A stretch of 64,000 nt of DNA from Laetmonice hystrix. Its lineage: Eukaryota. Both the position numbers and the translations under genes were made by a program. The stretch covers positions 22,940,001 to 23,004,000 of the forward strand of contig OZ249439.1 in assembly GCA_965235115.1 (NCBI GenBank). The letters run 5' to 3'. The notes under the pieces were generated by a model that was not told the DNA's origin, made no database searches, and was given only the letters and a program-made list of their open reading frames with translations. The stretch's first letter is position 1. Every line of letters begins with the position of its first letter. This document shows positions 47,241 to 60,979 of this stretch, piece by piece.

Positions 47241-47443
47241 CTCTCATCTCAATTAAAGCTATCATTTTAAAATTAAGATTAAATCAGTTATTAAGTAAAA
47301 TAAAATAAACATTGTTGTACCCGGTCAGGCTCGGCACTGATCGGCCATCCCTGGTTGGATTTACTTTCCCGACACTCTTTGTTTTGCTTTTGTGTGCGGT
47401 GTTCCCGGTCACCAACTGAATTAACAGTGAATCATTTTTCAGA

Positions 47444-50400
47444 ATGCCTGAAAACAAGGTCATTCCAGTGAAGGTGGCAGTACGATGCCGACCGCTTGTT
47501 CCAAAGGAACAAAACGAAGGCTGCCAATGCTGTGTTACGTTTATTCCTGGTGAGCCCCAACTGGTTTTGGGACGGGATCGTGCGTTCACGTACGACTATG
47601 TGTTCAGTCCAGCCTCATCACAGGAGTCGGTCTATATTGATTCTGTTCAAGACCTGGTCAAGGGACTCTTCAAAGGTAATAATAAAACTAAGGCCTAAGC
47701 TTCTGCTGCATAGTACAATTCCAATATTTATTATTTTTATATATCTATAAACAGGAATAGTCATGCATAAAATGTGACGTGAGATATACAATAACTTTAG
47801 TTGATGAAAATCTAATTGTATAAATTTGTCAACACATGGTGTCGGAGGTAAAAGATGCATTACACATTTTTGTCTTCTACCCCACCTCCAAATACTAAAG
47901 GTCATAAAAAGTACACGTTTTTTCCCAGTCCAATGAAATGAACATATCCATACAGTACTGGCCGAACACTTGCTGAAGTTCTCTGACCATTTTACCTGCA
48001 GGGTACAATGCAACTGTGCTGGCTTACGGTCAGACGGGCAGCGGAAAGACGCACAGCATGGGAGGTGGATACAACGTGGGCTTGGGGCAGGAAGAAGAGG
48101 ACATGGGAATCATTCCACGGGTCATTAGGGACATCTTTGAGGGAATTACCCTTCGACAGGAAAGTTATGACTTTACTGTCAAGGTGTCCTATCTGGAGGT
48201 GAGTAAATACTCAATGGGAGACTCGAGACGCATGCGCAACGGCCCATTCCAGTAATATCTGCGTGGCGGCAGCACTGTCGCCCCGGTCCTGTCTTCTGCA
48301 CATTAGCATGACGTTATATAGGACGACGAATTGCTAATCTGTGGCAGGATGCATTTAGACTATTTGTTATGAAAATTAATAACTCGATAGGCTCCGCCAT
48401 GTTGAATAGCTCCTAAACGCACCATAATATTTCATAACAAATAGCACTACGGCACCCAGCTACAGATTAGCATTTCGTCGTCCTATCTAACGTCATACTA
48501 ATGTGTCACCATACGGGACTGAGGCGATAGTGCTGTCGCCACACAGAAAAGACGGGAACTCCATTATTTCGAGTCTCCCATTGGAGGCCAAGAAGATGTA
48601 ACTGAATGACAATATTTACTATAAATGTTTATTTATTTTTTATTTATGATTTTTTTATTTATATATAATCTCTTTTGCAAAATTATGTCATTGACCATCC
48701 TTTTCTGGTTACCGTATGTTTCCAGATATACAAAGAAGAACTCGGAGATCTCTTAGTTCCTGTTGGACAGCGGGATAAAGATCTATTGGCGGTACGAGAA
48801 GACACCCAGGGTTGTCTTTATATAGCAGGGTTGAAAGAAGAGGAGGTGGGAAATTTTGCTGCTACCATGAACTGTTTGGAGAATGGATCACATGGGCGGA
48901 CCGTTGGCTCAACGGCCATGAATAACCAGTCATCACGATCACACGCGATCTTTACCATTAGTGTTGAACGCAACAGTAAAACAGACAGGTGAGGCCCAGT
49001 AACAATAAGTTTTTTTGTCATTTATCAGTTGCTTTTTTGGATATCTATAAATGACAAAGATACATTTTGAATCAAAGTTCTAATCCCCCCATTTTGATGG
49101 TATAAAAACCCTCATGTTGTGATGAGGCCAAGTTCATTTCTTCCTAGCAAAAATACACCATTAGAAGCAAATTTTAAATGTGTTTTTTAAGATAAAAAGT
49201 ATTGCAATCAAAAAGGATGAACTTGGCAGATTTGGGTTAGCTGCAGTAGCCAGATTTTATGATTTCAGCAATGACAGTTGCAAGGCAAAGTTCCATCTAG
49301 TAGATCTAGCAGGCTCTGAGAGGGCCAAGAAAACTCACGCTGAGGGCGAGCGGTTTAAGGAAGGTGCGTAAATAAATCCTCATGTTGGGAAATGTGGACC
49401 CAAATATTTTTTTCTTTATCTTTCACTAGTGATGTCAGTAGGAATCTTGGGACAGTCTATGAAAAATATATTTTTATGCTTGTCTTGCTTTTGCATCACA
49501 ATAACATTAATCATTATCTTGGTGCAATTGGAAAAAAATATGGCAAAGTAGAATTGTGTTGGACCCCTGCCCTGATCTTTTCATGCTTGTGCCAGCCTTC
49601 AAATGGTGAAGAACTGGATTATGATGATAAACTTAACGTTTTAGGAGTAAATATAAACCGCGGCCTGCTTGCGCTGGGGAATGTGATCAGTGCACTGGGT
49701 GATGAACAACAGAAGAGAACTCACATTCCATACAGGGACTCCAAGTTAACCAGGCTTCTCCAGGGTAAGTCATTATCCCACGCTAGTTTTGCTGTGAGAG
49801 GCTCACCGCAAAAAGTTTTACACAGAATCTCTAAATTTAACAGTATATTTGTTCAATTTCTATAGGCTGGTGCCCTGGTTTGTCAGCTGTTTTAAAATTA
49901 TTTTTGTTTTATGTTGTTGCAGACTCCCTTGGAGGTAATAGTCACACAGTTATGATCGCATGTATTAGCCCTGCTGACTCTAACATGGAGGAAACACTAA
50001 GCACCCTGAGGTATGCTGACCGTGCTAGAAAGATCAAAAACAAACCGATCGTCAACCGTGACCCACAGGCGGCAGAGATAATGAGGCTCAAAGCGCTGGT
50101 AGGAACAGTTCGGTATTTGTTGGAGTTTAAATGGAATAATTTTTTTGGGAGGGGGTTGTTCAATGTCAGTCTTATTTGACACTATCATTTAGCAACTGTA
50201 TGGAGAATTTACCATATGTTTTAGATAGTGTAAAAGTTTGGTAACTACTTAAGGGTAATGGTCATAGAAATGGGCAACGAAGTTTCAAAAAGGTTGACTA
50301 GAAATATATTTAAGTGAATTTGTCATATTGAGGTGGCCTGCGTGTCATTTTGTTCAAAAAAGTGATTGTTTCATGCAGGTCCAGGAACTCCAGATGCAGG

Positions 50401-53400
50401 TCATACAAGGTGGTGGCGCTCCCAAAGAGCACATCAGTAGAAGGTTGGTTATTTTTCTGTCACAGAATACAGCAATAGTCTGTAATAAACCTAACAAAAT
50501 CGGCCATGTTGTAAGGTTTCTATAAAGTTGTTTGCCTGCCACGTTAAAACCTTGTGCTAACATTGTCCATTCTCCTGCTTCTCCAGTTCACTTGACTCAA
50601 GTGTTGACCTGGAGGTGATGAAGAATGTAATAAAGGGACTGGAGGAGGAGACGGGGAAGCTGAAATCAGAGCTCATTAATGCCATCCACCAGAACACCAA
50701 GATGTGTGAGAAGGTCGTCGCTCTCGAGACTGCCAATGATAGACTACAGGAGAGCCTCGAAAGTCTGAAAGAAAAAACAGGGTAGGGTATTAACAATATT
50801 TAATGATTTTCTGTATTGTAATAATTATTTCCTTATATTACATTTTGTATTTCGAAAGACAATATTGCTGGTGACACATCTTTGGTTCATTTCATTCTAA
50901 ATCAACCGATTTTTGGAAGATCCCACACACTTCATCTTTGATTTTTATCAAACTTGCACCAAATCTTTCAAGACACATTAAAAGAACGAGATATATATGG
51001 CCATTTAAGCGAGCAAGGGTTGGGAAGAAAATGCCTCCAAATTTGCAACCCTTATTTCTGAGACCAACTTCATGCATCAATATCTCAAAATGTTATTGTA
51101 ATAAAACCTGCAAATTTTCTATGCTTGTTACACTAAAATTAGCCCAGGTTGGGAGGTGCCAATTTCGATCCCTGAAGGTTATAATAAAACTAAAATAAAA
51201 TCATTCTACCTTGATACGTTTTTGGTAACCATCCTTTTTAAAAAAAATGCACATATTCTGGATGCTTCCCACATTGTAACACATGTCCTTGTTTACAGGC
51301 TGAGTTTGTCGACCCTGGCGGCCAACCCAGAGATGGAGGAGAAATTGAAGGAGATTCATACGGCCCTGGAGCACATGGAGAGCATCCACCAGTCGAAACT
51401 GGAGACCTCCTCCCAGGATGACTCGGGATCCTCCACCACGGTGAGACCGACCTTAACATTGTTCACACATGTTCTTAAGCCTTCTCAATAAGTCCCCGGT
51501 GGCTAGTGGTTTAGCCCGCCTAGCTAGCTAGTAATTTTCTTTTTAGTAACATTCATGGGCAGAGTTAACATTAGATTAACGTGCAGATATAACAAGTGGC
51601 CAACATGAAAATGCAAAAGGAAACTGTTTCATTCTGCAGGGAAAAGAATTGCAAATATGGAGAAAATCTCAAAAAATGGCCTAACCAGCTTCTGTTGTCC
51701 TACATTGCTATTTTTAAAATGGCTGGCGTGCACTATTCGGTCCCGCAACGTCACAAACGAAAATACATGTTCCGGCCAGCGTACAGAAACGTAGCGGCCC
51801 GGGCCGAGCATACGTAATTACGTTTCACCATAGTAACGTGATCTATCCTACCGATAGATCACGGAATGGAACGGAGACTTGACAATGGATAATGCCATTG
51901 TGTCGCTCCATGACTAAACAAAGCCAAAACAGAGTCATCAGTGGTGTCACAATTTGACGTTTAATTGTGACAATTGTGACGTTTTAAAAAGGAAGGGTCT
52001 TGCAGTGGGGAATTAGGTCATTTATGCCTCACGTTTCGGAAGTAGGCGACGATGGTATGGTAGGCCTATGGATGGTAAACGGTAACAATTATTGTTATTC
52101 GTCTAAATTCTTGTTTGTTAATGTGGCCTCGGCCTCGGAGGCCCCGTGCTGGCTGCGCCAGCCTGGGCCTCCTTGGCCGTCGTGCCCTATCTCACTGCCA
52201 ACGCGTCCTAAACGTTCACTATTCCTATAGTATAGATTTCTTTTTCTCATAGATCCTAGATGTGATGAAATGGGAAAATCTCTGGGATGGCTTCTTGTTC
52301 AGTTACTCAAGCTGTGATTGATATATCCAGGGCATGTGTCAGTCGCCACTTCAGAATTTCTTCAAAGGGCTTTTGTTTTGTTTTGAATGACAAGGAGATG
52401 GAACAAGACATGATGCAGGTCACCACTGAGGACCTGTTGAAAGAAGCGCAGCTGAAAAACAAAATGTTTGCTCTCAACGACGAACTGCTGCACAAGGAGG
52501 AGCTGCTTCGAGAGCTACGCAGCAATGACACCACCTTCTCTGCCGTCCATGAAAAATACAAGGTGGGTTACATAAACACTGAAATCTACGCATTATTTCA
52601 AAGTTGTTTCTGACTCATTTAGTGATTTTTTGTCATGTCATTCACTCAAAAGAAGATTTCAAATGACTTGAGCATAGACAGGCAAAGGTTTTGTCTCTTC
52701 CTTGAGACCAGGTTGACAGGTAAAAGTTTTGTCCTTCCCTTGAGTCCAGTAATGACAGTAATCAAGATTTGGTCTCTTTCCCCGAGTCTAGTATGGACAG
52801 ACTGTAAATTATTTGTGTGTGTTTTCCTTACAGGCAGAGCTTAAGGCTCTCCAGGAGCAGATTGAAGCTCTCACAAAGGAAAAGGACGAGCTCTGCAACA
52901 AGCTGCAGGCTGTCAAAGCATCAAGCAACTCAAGCAAGTGAGTATTACAAAAATCTAAAGTTCCCTTTCAGTCGATAAATTGTACCCATTGAGCACCAGG
53001 GAGTGCTGTTTTTTGCATTCTTTTGAGAGGCTGGCCTGAATAATTATTGTTTTCTGTGTTGAAAGAGTGAGTGAGCAGCGTAGACAGCGGCTGAAGGAGC
53101 TGGAAAAAAAGCTGGCAGAGATACAGAAGGCACACGTTGAACAGTCAAAGATGCTCCGTATGAAGGAGGCGGCCTCCAAGGACTGTGCCCGTCTCGACCT
53201 AGAGATCAAGAACCTCAAGAAGCAGCGAGTTACATTGATGAAACAGATGCGGACAGAGAGTGAGGCATCAAGAAAGTGGAAGATGCAGAAAGAAAAGGAA
53301 GTGATGCAGCTCAAGGCCAAGGTTAGCGTCCCTTTGACTTTGAGAGTTGTGGGCCATATAGCACAGCCTTAGTTGTGGTAATGTCTTGGGGGGGGGGGGC

Positions 53401-56400
53401 AAAAGTAGATATGCTATAGGAACGCATGGAAATTGTGGAAACTCGCAGGTGTATTTAAGTATGTACACATATTGACCCTCTGGTCAAGCATTGAATAATT
53501 TAATCCAAGGAATCTAGAAAACGTTTTGGTGAAAAAGGTATGTCTGAAACCTCTGCTGTTCATGATTGGGTTAGGAAGGACTCTAGGGAGGGTTACTACT
53601 GGACAAAGTGAAGGGTGCCCTTTTTTCTTAATGGCTAATGTCGACTCTTCTTATATTTACAGGAACGAAAACAGGCAGCCCAGGTGACAAAGTTAGAACG
53701 CCAACATCAGCACCAGCAGGGCGTTCTGAAACGGAAGGCTGAGGAGGTAACTTAGCGCTCTAGGTCCGTTAGTCCGACAGCCCATTTTGGCTTAAAACCA
53801 AATATAACTAACCCTAAACCTAACCTTAACTCTAACCCATAGGGCATTGGTCTGTCAGACCAATTGGCTGTCGGACTATCGGTCCCACCCCAACTTAGCA
53901 GACCCTCCTTATGCTTGCTGTATACTAAAGTCTGGGATTATAAAGTTACTATCTGGGGTGATGAAAGGCTTTGGTTCCAGGGCCCGGTTTCTTGGTGGAG
54001 CTTGAGCTGAAATTCTTGGCTCAAGCTCAAGGATTTGGAGCTTGTGCCAAGGATTCTCGGCTCAAGCTCAAGCCAGTCATGTCCCAGCTCAAGCTCAAGC
54101 TCAACGGCCGTCTGACTGTGAAACCCAAATTTGAGCTTGAGCCGAGAATCCTTGGCTCAAGCTCCAAATCCTTGAGCTTGAGCCAAGAATTTCAGCTCAA
54201 GCTCCACAAAGAAACCGGGCCCTGATCCTTCGAACTTGTTCTAATGTCACTGATTATGTAACAGGCGATAGCTGCTAACCGGCGTCTGAAGGATGCTCTG
54301 GCTAAGCAGCGACAGGTGGCTGCCGACAGGACTCAGAAACAGGAGCGACACGACAACAACAACCAGAACAAGATTAAGGTATGTTAGGATTGGTTTGCTT
54401 CAATATCGGCCAAAGAGATTCATCTAAGGAAACATAATAAGTCATTTTAAGTTGATATTTAGTAATAATCTTTTGCGTAAAAAAATTCAGAGCCTAAAAT
54501 AACCAGGTTTAAAATGATATAATTTTGATGTTTTCTCCCCCCAGAAATGGTTGGATGACGAGATGGAGCTGGTTACCAGTGTAGAAGAAGCTCGCCACCA
54601 CCTGGCCCAGATGATCAACCAACGAAAGCAGCTCAACAAGGAGCTCCACGATCTCAAAGATCAGCTTGAAGCTCCTCCTTCCAAGGTATGACAGACTAGA
54701 CAGGATTGACAGGCTAGGACGAGGACTGTGCAGGATTCTCTCACAGTTACCGGTCCAGGTCTTCCACGTCCATGCGTGTGAGGATCGCTCAATTCGTTCA
54801 CCAGTATCAAAGCTCTTAAAATAGCCCTCTTCAGTGTGGTCGTTTTTAATGCAAGCCCATCTGGGAATTACATTTTTCTCAAATGAGGAAAATATCCATT
54901 TTTTGGGGGGGGGGGGAATTTAAAAAAAGATAAAACTCTGGAAATTTGACATTGGCCTGGTAAAGAAAGGTTTTCATAAGCAAATTCAGTTTGACATGTG
55001 GCAAGAACTGGCTATACCTGCACCTGACAAAATAACATGCACATTTTAGAAAATGCTGCTAAATGACAGTGGAAGCAAGGAGACTGACTGCGAGAAGAAG
55101 TCGATCCTGAAAAGAAAAAAGATGGTTCAGTATGATATTGACCTGGTTAACAACCAGATAACAGAGACCCAGCAGAGGATTGTGGAGGCTGACCAAGGTA
55201 AGGCCCAGACATACAGCTCAGTGACTGAAGGTACTCCAAACTTTGACCAACAGTCATCTGCCTGGCTGACCACTGTAATATGGAGCCGCCATCAAACCAT
55301 GACTGCGTTTCACATGTTGAGGTGTGAAATGGATCCATAAGATAAATATACCCTTCAACTTGAGGTCACTTTTGTTCTGCAGAAAACCAAGAAATTCTAA
55401 CTATAACTAAAACTATAACTATTTCTTTTGTGGAATTTGCCATTTAGTAATCAAGCTTTTTACCAGGACAAATTCTCCAGTGTAGAATATATAGTAGAAA
55501 ATTTTGGAAAGATAATTCTGTCATGTTTATTAATCATCCGGTAGGAACAAGGATATATTTGATGTATGTGTGAAAGCTCAATTACAACGGAAGAGGTCTT
55601 GCTGATTACAGACGAGAAGGCCAAGACAAGATGGGACAGCCTCCACAACATGATGGAAGCCAGATGTACCCTCAGACTTCTACTGGACAAGGTAGGACTT
55701 CTTGTTTGCAGAGTATAAGATTTTTGATTGATAGGTTTTTTTCTTCCTATCCTTCTTTCTTAACGCATGCTGCATACATGTATGAACATTGTTGTTTCAT
55801 CATTATAATAGGCTCGACTCCTCATGAGAAACTCTCAAACAAAAACATTTAATACCGAATCTGGCTTTAATACAGGTATACTCGTTGTGTAAGTGTCGCC
55901 AGCTTATTTGTGAGACTTTGTGATAACATTATAATGGTTAACGTGAGTGTTGACTGATGTGTGATTCTCCAGGCTGTCAAGGCCCAGGTGGAACGTCTAG
56001 AAGAGGTAAGCAGAGCTGTTGAGGCTGAGGCCACTGCACAGGATGCTGCTGCGCAGCTCACTGCCATAGAGGCAGAGCTTGCCAATCTGCGCCAAGACAA
56101 GGAGCGGCAGCTGACAAACGTACGCCAAGAAACGGAGCGCAAGGTATGGTAAAATTTCTTTTTGGTGTCTTTCTGCTCATGATGTCACTTTTATGGTCTC
56201 AGAAAAACTGTTCAATTTTGTCATTACTATGAATATGAACCCAGACTGAGGTGCAATATTTTGAAATTGAACTAGAACTGCACACATGAAGGCTAAAAAG
56301 TATCAAATTCTCTCTTATTTGCAATCACCATTCCCCGAAAAATGAGAGGTGGCTTCGTATTTGACAAGTAGGAACCTGAAAAAATACAAGTTGAAGTGCT

Positions 56401-58959
56401 GCCTCTGGAATGAAGCAGAGAAGATTTTGAGCCATGCGAGTAGCTGATGCAAGGTTCAACCCCATTTTGTTAAAATTTTAGGTGACGTACTTGCTGAACC
56501 TGCTCAACCAGAAGGCCCTCACGAAGGAGGACGTGAAAGGTGCCGAGAACCTCATGGTAAGTGTCTCTGGAGGTCACAATGGGTCAGGGCAGGGGTCGAA
56601 ATTAATAACTTGATGCAAGTTGGACAAAAAACTTGCCCTACTTGTGCTGGCTAGATTCAACCTGAACTCCCCAAACTCGTGGGTGACTGTGATCCAATTC
56701 AAAATTCAAAATTCGAATTGGCTGTTTGGGGCCTTTTGATCGTCGTATGCGAGTCATAAGCAAGTTATAATCGGGTCGTAAGCTCCAGAATGCGATCGGA
56801 TCATAAGAAAATCGTATGGTGTGCGGTGGGCATAAATGGTATGAAATCATTTAAAATATACATGTACATGTATAAGTGTCAAAAGAAAAAATTTAAATTC
56901 TAACTTTGCAGCAGTTCTTGTGATCAGTGCGCAGGTTTTAGGCAATATAGCCATGCCCTTATCAAAGGAAAAAATCTCAATTGACCTTAAATTTAAATCG
57001 ATTTTTATATAGACGGTTATGTATGAAGTTTATTTATAGAATATAGCATGTGATTCCCATAATAGCAAGTGCTGTAGGTTCTTGACTGTTCCCTGCTTTA
57101 AGATGGCACAGGTCTTATGAAAGTATCGTTGCTGTTACAGAAAGACGAGTTGGAAAAGCTGGCTGTTGTCCAGGATGAGCTGGAACAAAAGAATAAAGAG
57201 GTGGACAGCCTTCAAATGGTAAGGTCCCATTCGCTCTGTGTTCTTACACTACCTATTTTGTGATGGAACTATGGCTTGCTTTACGGATTGACAATGACAA
57301 ATCATACAGCATATATGATGAAGTGGGGCATCTGGTGGCCCTAGAATTTAGAAGTCTCAGTATATGGTAGACCCAGACTGTTGAGATTGTGATTGTGTTT
57401 ACCTTGTACAGGAGCTGACCAAGGCCAATCTGAAGGCTATGAAAGGCCAATCTTCCAGTTACTTCTCACACCTCCCTTCCACACCCAAGTTCGACTCCCC
57501 TGAGGACAGAAGAGAAAAGGTACGTTTTATTCCGCACATCATCCCTTCATTTGATGTTTTCAGCTTTCTTACTGTTGCGGGTTCGAGAATTTTTATACAA
57601 AGCTGCTAGTAATTACCATTGAATTTTAAGAACCTTTGCATTTTAGCTTTATAGGAACGAAATTTTTGAAGCAGTTATATTCTCGTGATGAAAAAGGTTA
57701 CTATGATTAGTGGTACTTTTGAATTGCATTCAAACCCAGATGTACTGTGATGTTTCCATGCTCAAACTATAATGAGATTATCTAAAACAAGGCAGAGAAC
57801 GTGCTGCATTGTAACAATGTGTGTTTCTTGTCTTGAACAGAGACCTAATGCTGGGTCGTTTAAATATTCCCCCGGGACAGATGTCGAAGACGATGACGTC
57901 AACGATCCCGACTGGAGAAGCGGGATAACACCTGGCAAACCCATACAGTTCAGGACCCAGAAGGTACACAACTACAAATCTCTGGAGCTAGAAAAAGTTT
58001 GTGCACATTGTGCACATTATCATGTTCATGCATGCAAGTGCAAGATAGAATGAATTCATTGATTTGTCTTCATCATGAATTTGCAATTATTACCTTCTGG
58101 GCTAAATTCTTCATAGTGGATCCAGAAATGTCGATATTATCAGTAATGAAGAAATAGCTTTTTATAATAGAGCCTCCATCTTTCAAGTAAAAGCTTCACT
58201 CTCTGACCGGTGACTTTTCATGTGTGGAAGTACATGTATATGTGTTGTTATTTTGTGTGTACAGAAGGACGGCCCCAGCGTGGCCAACCCCAGAATGAGC
58301 ATATTAAAGGCACATCAATCAACTGAAGATGTACTGAGCGGCGGCTGCAGCTGTAAGTCAATGTGCGGCACCCAGCGCTGTAGCTGCGTGAAAGCAGGCT
58401 TGGTTTGTGGAGATGGGGACTGCAAGTGTAACCCGGCCAAGTGTAGGAACAGGCCTACTCCTGAAACTGAATCCCCGGTAAGATTTTACAGGTTTATCTT
58501 GTTTAAACTATTATTCTGCAATTTGTCGACGCAGCCAGAGCTTTGCTTCCTCTTGCCAATATTTTTCTTTAGTCGTCGTGGCTAAACGGCCAATAGAACC
58601 CAAATCTATTGTCCGTTCAATATTATGATATTTTTCAAATAAAACACTCAGTCACGGCTTCCTGCTATGAAAATTATAGGACAGGATCTTTGTTACAGAC
58701 TCAGTCAACCCTGAACTCAACGTTTACCATGAGTTCCGCCCCAGTGGAGACGTCGACGGAAGACTCGAGTGTTGAGAACACCATAATTAGCACCGGCTTG
58801 AAGCGATCTTCCTCAGGCGTCCGTAAGAAGGCCCTCGCCGATGGCACAAACCTGACTACAGGGGGCAGCATGGACAGCAGTGCCGATGACTTTGTCGCAC
58901 CCATTGCCATCAAAAAGAAACGAAAGCTCACAAAGTCCTTTTTCACACCACTCCAGTAG
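47444..58959 (+). CDS. KIF4: Chromosome-associated kinesin KIF4 (kinesin-4), about 1202 aa, 24 coding exons
   Basis: Exons: 47444-47675, 48002-48198, 48726-48988, 49269-49363, 49645-49764, 49923-50098, 50379-50443, 50587-50781, 51299-51440, 52395-52562, 52834-52937, 53066-53321, 53663-53746, 54265-54378, 54545-54685, 55050-55197, 55612-55691, 55973-56143, 56482-56556, 57141-57218, 57412-57519, 57841-57963, 58265-58477, 58699-58959 (3609 nt, phases consistent). Motor motifs [57 protein letters not shown]; coiled coil [12 protein letters not shown]; C-terminal Cys-rich [16 protein letters not shown]…[10 protein letters not shown]. Confidence 0.95.
48212..48583. mobile_element. 372-bp foldback MITE in a KIF4 intron
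   Basis: Perfect 15-bp TIR CAATGGGAGACTCGA; inner arms also pair (GTGGCGGCAGCACTGTCGCC; CATTAGCATGACGTTATATAGGACGACG; CTATTTGTTATGAAA). No clean TSD seen. Confidence 0.85.
53762..53885. mobile_element. Small inverted-repeat element with CCCTAA-like core
   Basis: TTAGTCCGACAGCC … GGCTGTCGGACTA(T) inverted pair around CTAACCCTAAACCTAACCTTAACTCTAACCC. Confidence 0.55.
53981..54221. mobile_element. 241-bp Harbinger-type hairpin MITE in a KIF4 intron
   Basis: About 91-bp arms with 2 mismatches starting GGCCCGGTTTCTT; flanks CAG and CTG (CWG-type, not identical). Same TIR start as the element at 16788. Confidence 0.85.
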
Positions 58960-59378
58960 GCTGCAGTGGTCGACTCTTTCAAAAACATAATATAAAATGG
59001 ATCTCAGTCTTACCCTACATAATACCCTGCGGGAACTACACCGGCAAAACGTGGCAGTTGTAGAAAGCATCACCACAGCGTCTGTACATACTGTATTATA
59101 ATATCTATCTTGTATATATCGTGAAAAAGTAACATGTTTTTCAAGAACAAAGGTTTAGAAGCTTGTGTGCTTATTATAATGTATTTTAGACTTCAGCACG
59201 GCCAATCAGCGGGCTGGTGGACCGGTACAGAACCTTTTGTAGTTTTTGTGAACTGACATCGGTCGGTAGTACAGATACACCCATCCACACCAGCATTATA
59301 CGGAGGCTCCTCCATTGTAGCCATAAGTGAACGACATTTAGCAACATCGATATATTATTGATATTTTACCAGGTGTAT

Positions 59379-59709
59379 ACGTTATATAAGTCGGGGAAAG
59401 TTGTAAATAAGGTAGTCCTCCAAAACTACATCATTGGGTACCTCACTTGAGTGTCACTTTTATTATATCGATTTTATTATTTCCACGACGTCAACGGGAC
59501 GTTGGTGACGTCATTGGCACTCTGTTTTTGGTACCTGTTCAGAGTGTCCGAACTTGTATGATATCCATTTCATTATTTTCACGACGTCAACGGGACGTTA
59601 GTGACATCATTGGCGGTCACGTTTGTCAAATTCTTGTGCTTGCAGAGAGACGGGACTTTAAAAGAAAATAATGTTAAATGACGATTTTTTATCCCGACTC
59701 TTATAATGT
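59379..59709. mobile_element. Possible MITE in or after the KIF4 3' UTR, with internal about 50-bp direct repeat
   Basis: ACGTTATATAAGTCGGG against reverse complement ACATTATAAGAGTCGGG; CACGACGTCAACGGGACGTT(G/A)GTGAC(G/A)TCATTGGC at about 59481 and about 59580. Confidence 0.4.
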
Positions 59710-60059
59710 GGGCTTGAATTGCACTTGGTGTTGTGATCGGCCTATTCGTCTGAATTAATTGATACATTGCATGACTATTTCCGATCGTGTATATAAATGC
59801 AAGTAAGTTTCATAAAGCTTGTGAGAAAAATAAAGTGTACATAAACATTATACATTTATACGTGTCAGGCAGTCAGTTGTGTAAATCAAGGGATCCCACT
59901 CACCCCAACATGTCCTTTCTTTAATTTTATGACTTTTTTGTTTCGTTTTTTAAACTTCAGGCTAAACGTTGGAACATAATACTGTCGAAAACGTGTGCCG
60001 ATAGTATATTTGAAATAACTTGGTTGCATTTATCTAATATATTGTTTATATATATTCGA

Positions 60060-60480
60060 TTGAAAGGTTCAAATCAAATACATATACACTACCCCTTTGG
60101 CGGCCCCCCCAGCCCCCCCCCCCCCCGGGGTAACCTGGATCAACCCCTGAAATAAGGTGGAGCTCCAGGGGACAGGGGGGATCACAGAGACAATAATGTC
60201 ACGCGTCAAAAGTCCTTTTTCATTTTGATGATTGTGAAGGTTCTCAAACCGTTTAGGTCTAAGAGGGTGACCACAGCACAGGGAAAACACAGGGAGCTTG
60301 AATTTTTTGTGGTTACCCTGTCTAGCCTACCAATAATTTTTGTCACTTCTTAAAAAAGGGGGTGCGCGCCCCCTTGGATCCGCGCCTGCACCCAGCCCCA
60401 ACCCCCACAGTCTGGGGCGCCAGGCCTAGCTACAGGGTCCGGGCCGGGGGCATGCCCCGAAACATTTGGAAATTACATGT
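60060..60480. mobile_element. Nested G/C-tract MITE fragments
   Basis: Two similar ends, CCTGGATCAACCCCTG (about 60134) and TTGGATCCGCGCCTG (about 60374), plus a GTCCGGG..GGGGGCATGCCCC motif. Confidence 0.35.
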
Positions 60481-60979
60481 ATAGGCCTAAGGTGTTTTTT
60501 TTAGGCCCCCCCCTTAGAGTTGACAGGCCTGTTGGAAGATTGGGAGAGCTTGGACTGTAATGTTGCGGGGGGGGGGGGTGCAGTGGCTTCATGCAGTGAG
60601 TGCAACTTTTTGAGGTTAAGGGGGAGCATGGGCTGTGGGGGTGGGTACATACGTACATACGCGGCTACGGGCCTGCCTCTTATCTTGGGGCCCCGGGCCG
60701 CGATATGCAGGACAAGATCTGATCCCAAGGGAAGACCTGCCAATTGCCAGGTAGGCTTTCGGGCTCTAGTAAACTTGTATACGATTGAAATATCGCAGGC
60801 CTAGTACCTCATTTCGTGGGCCTACCTAAAGAGGAAAGTCATCTTCTTTTCTTCCTTGTTAAACTTTTTCTTTCTATTTTTTCTTCCATTCTTTTCTCTC
60901 TCTTAGTCTAATATTGCCTAAAGTGGGTATAGGTTCTCTGCTTTTCTCTGCTCAGGTTCTTCCCCCATGATAACTTTCC

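Noticed and set aside
47007-47270. ORF with LISLIEL repeats
   Set aside because: Translation of the 21-bp minisatellite.
51500-52240. CpG-rich stretch in KIF4 intron 9, possibly an inserted element or promoter
   Set aside because: No TIR, TSD, ORF or RNA-gene signature could be established by eye.
53971-54225. ORF with LKLKL periodicity
   Set aside because: Translation of the hairpin MITE.
54713-54745. Possible extra KIF4 exon [11 protein letters not shown]
   Set aside because: Would need a 27-nt intron and has no polypyrimidine tract.
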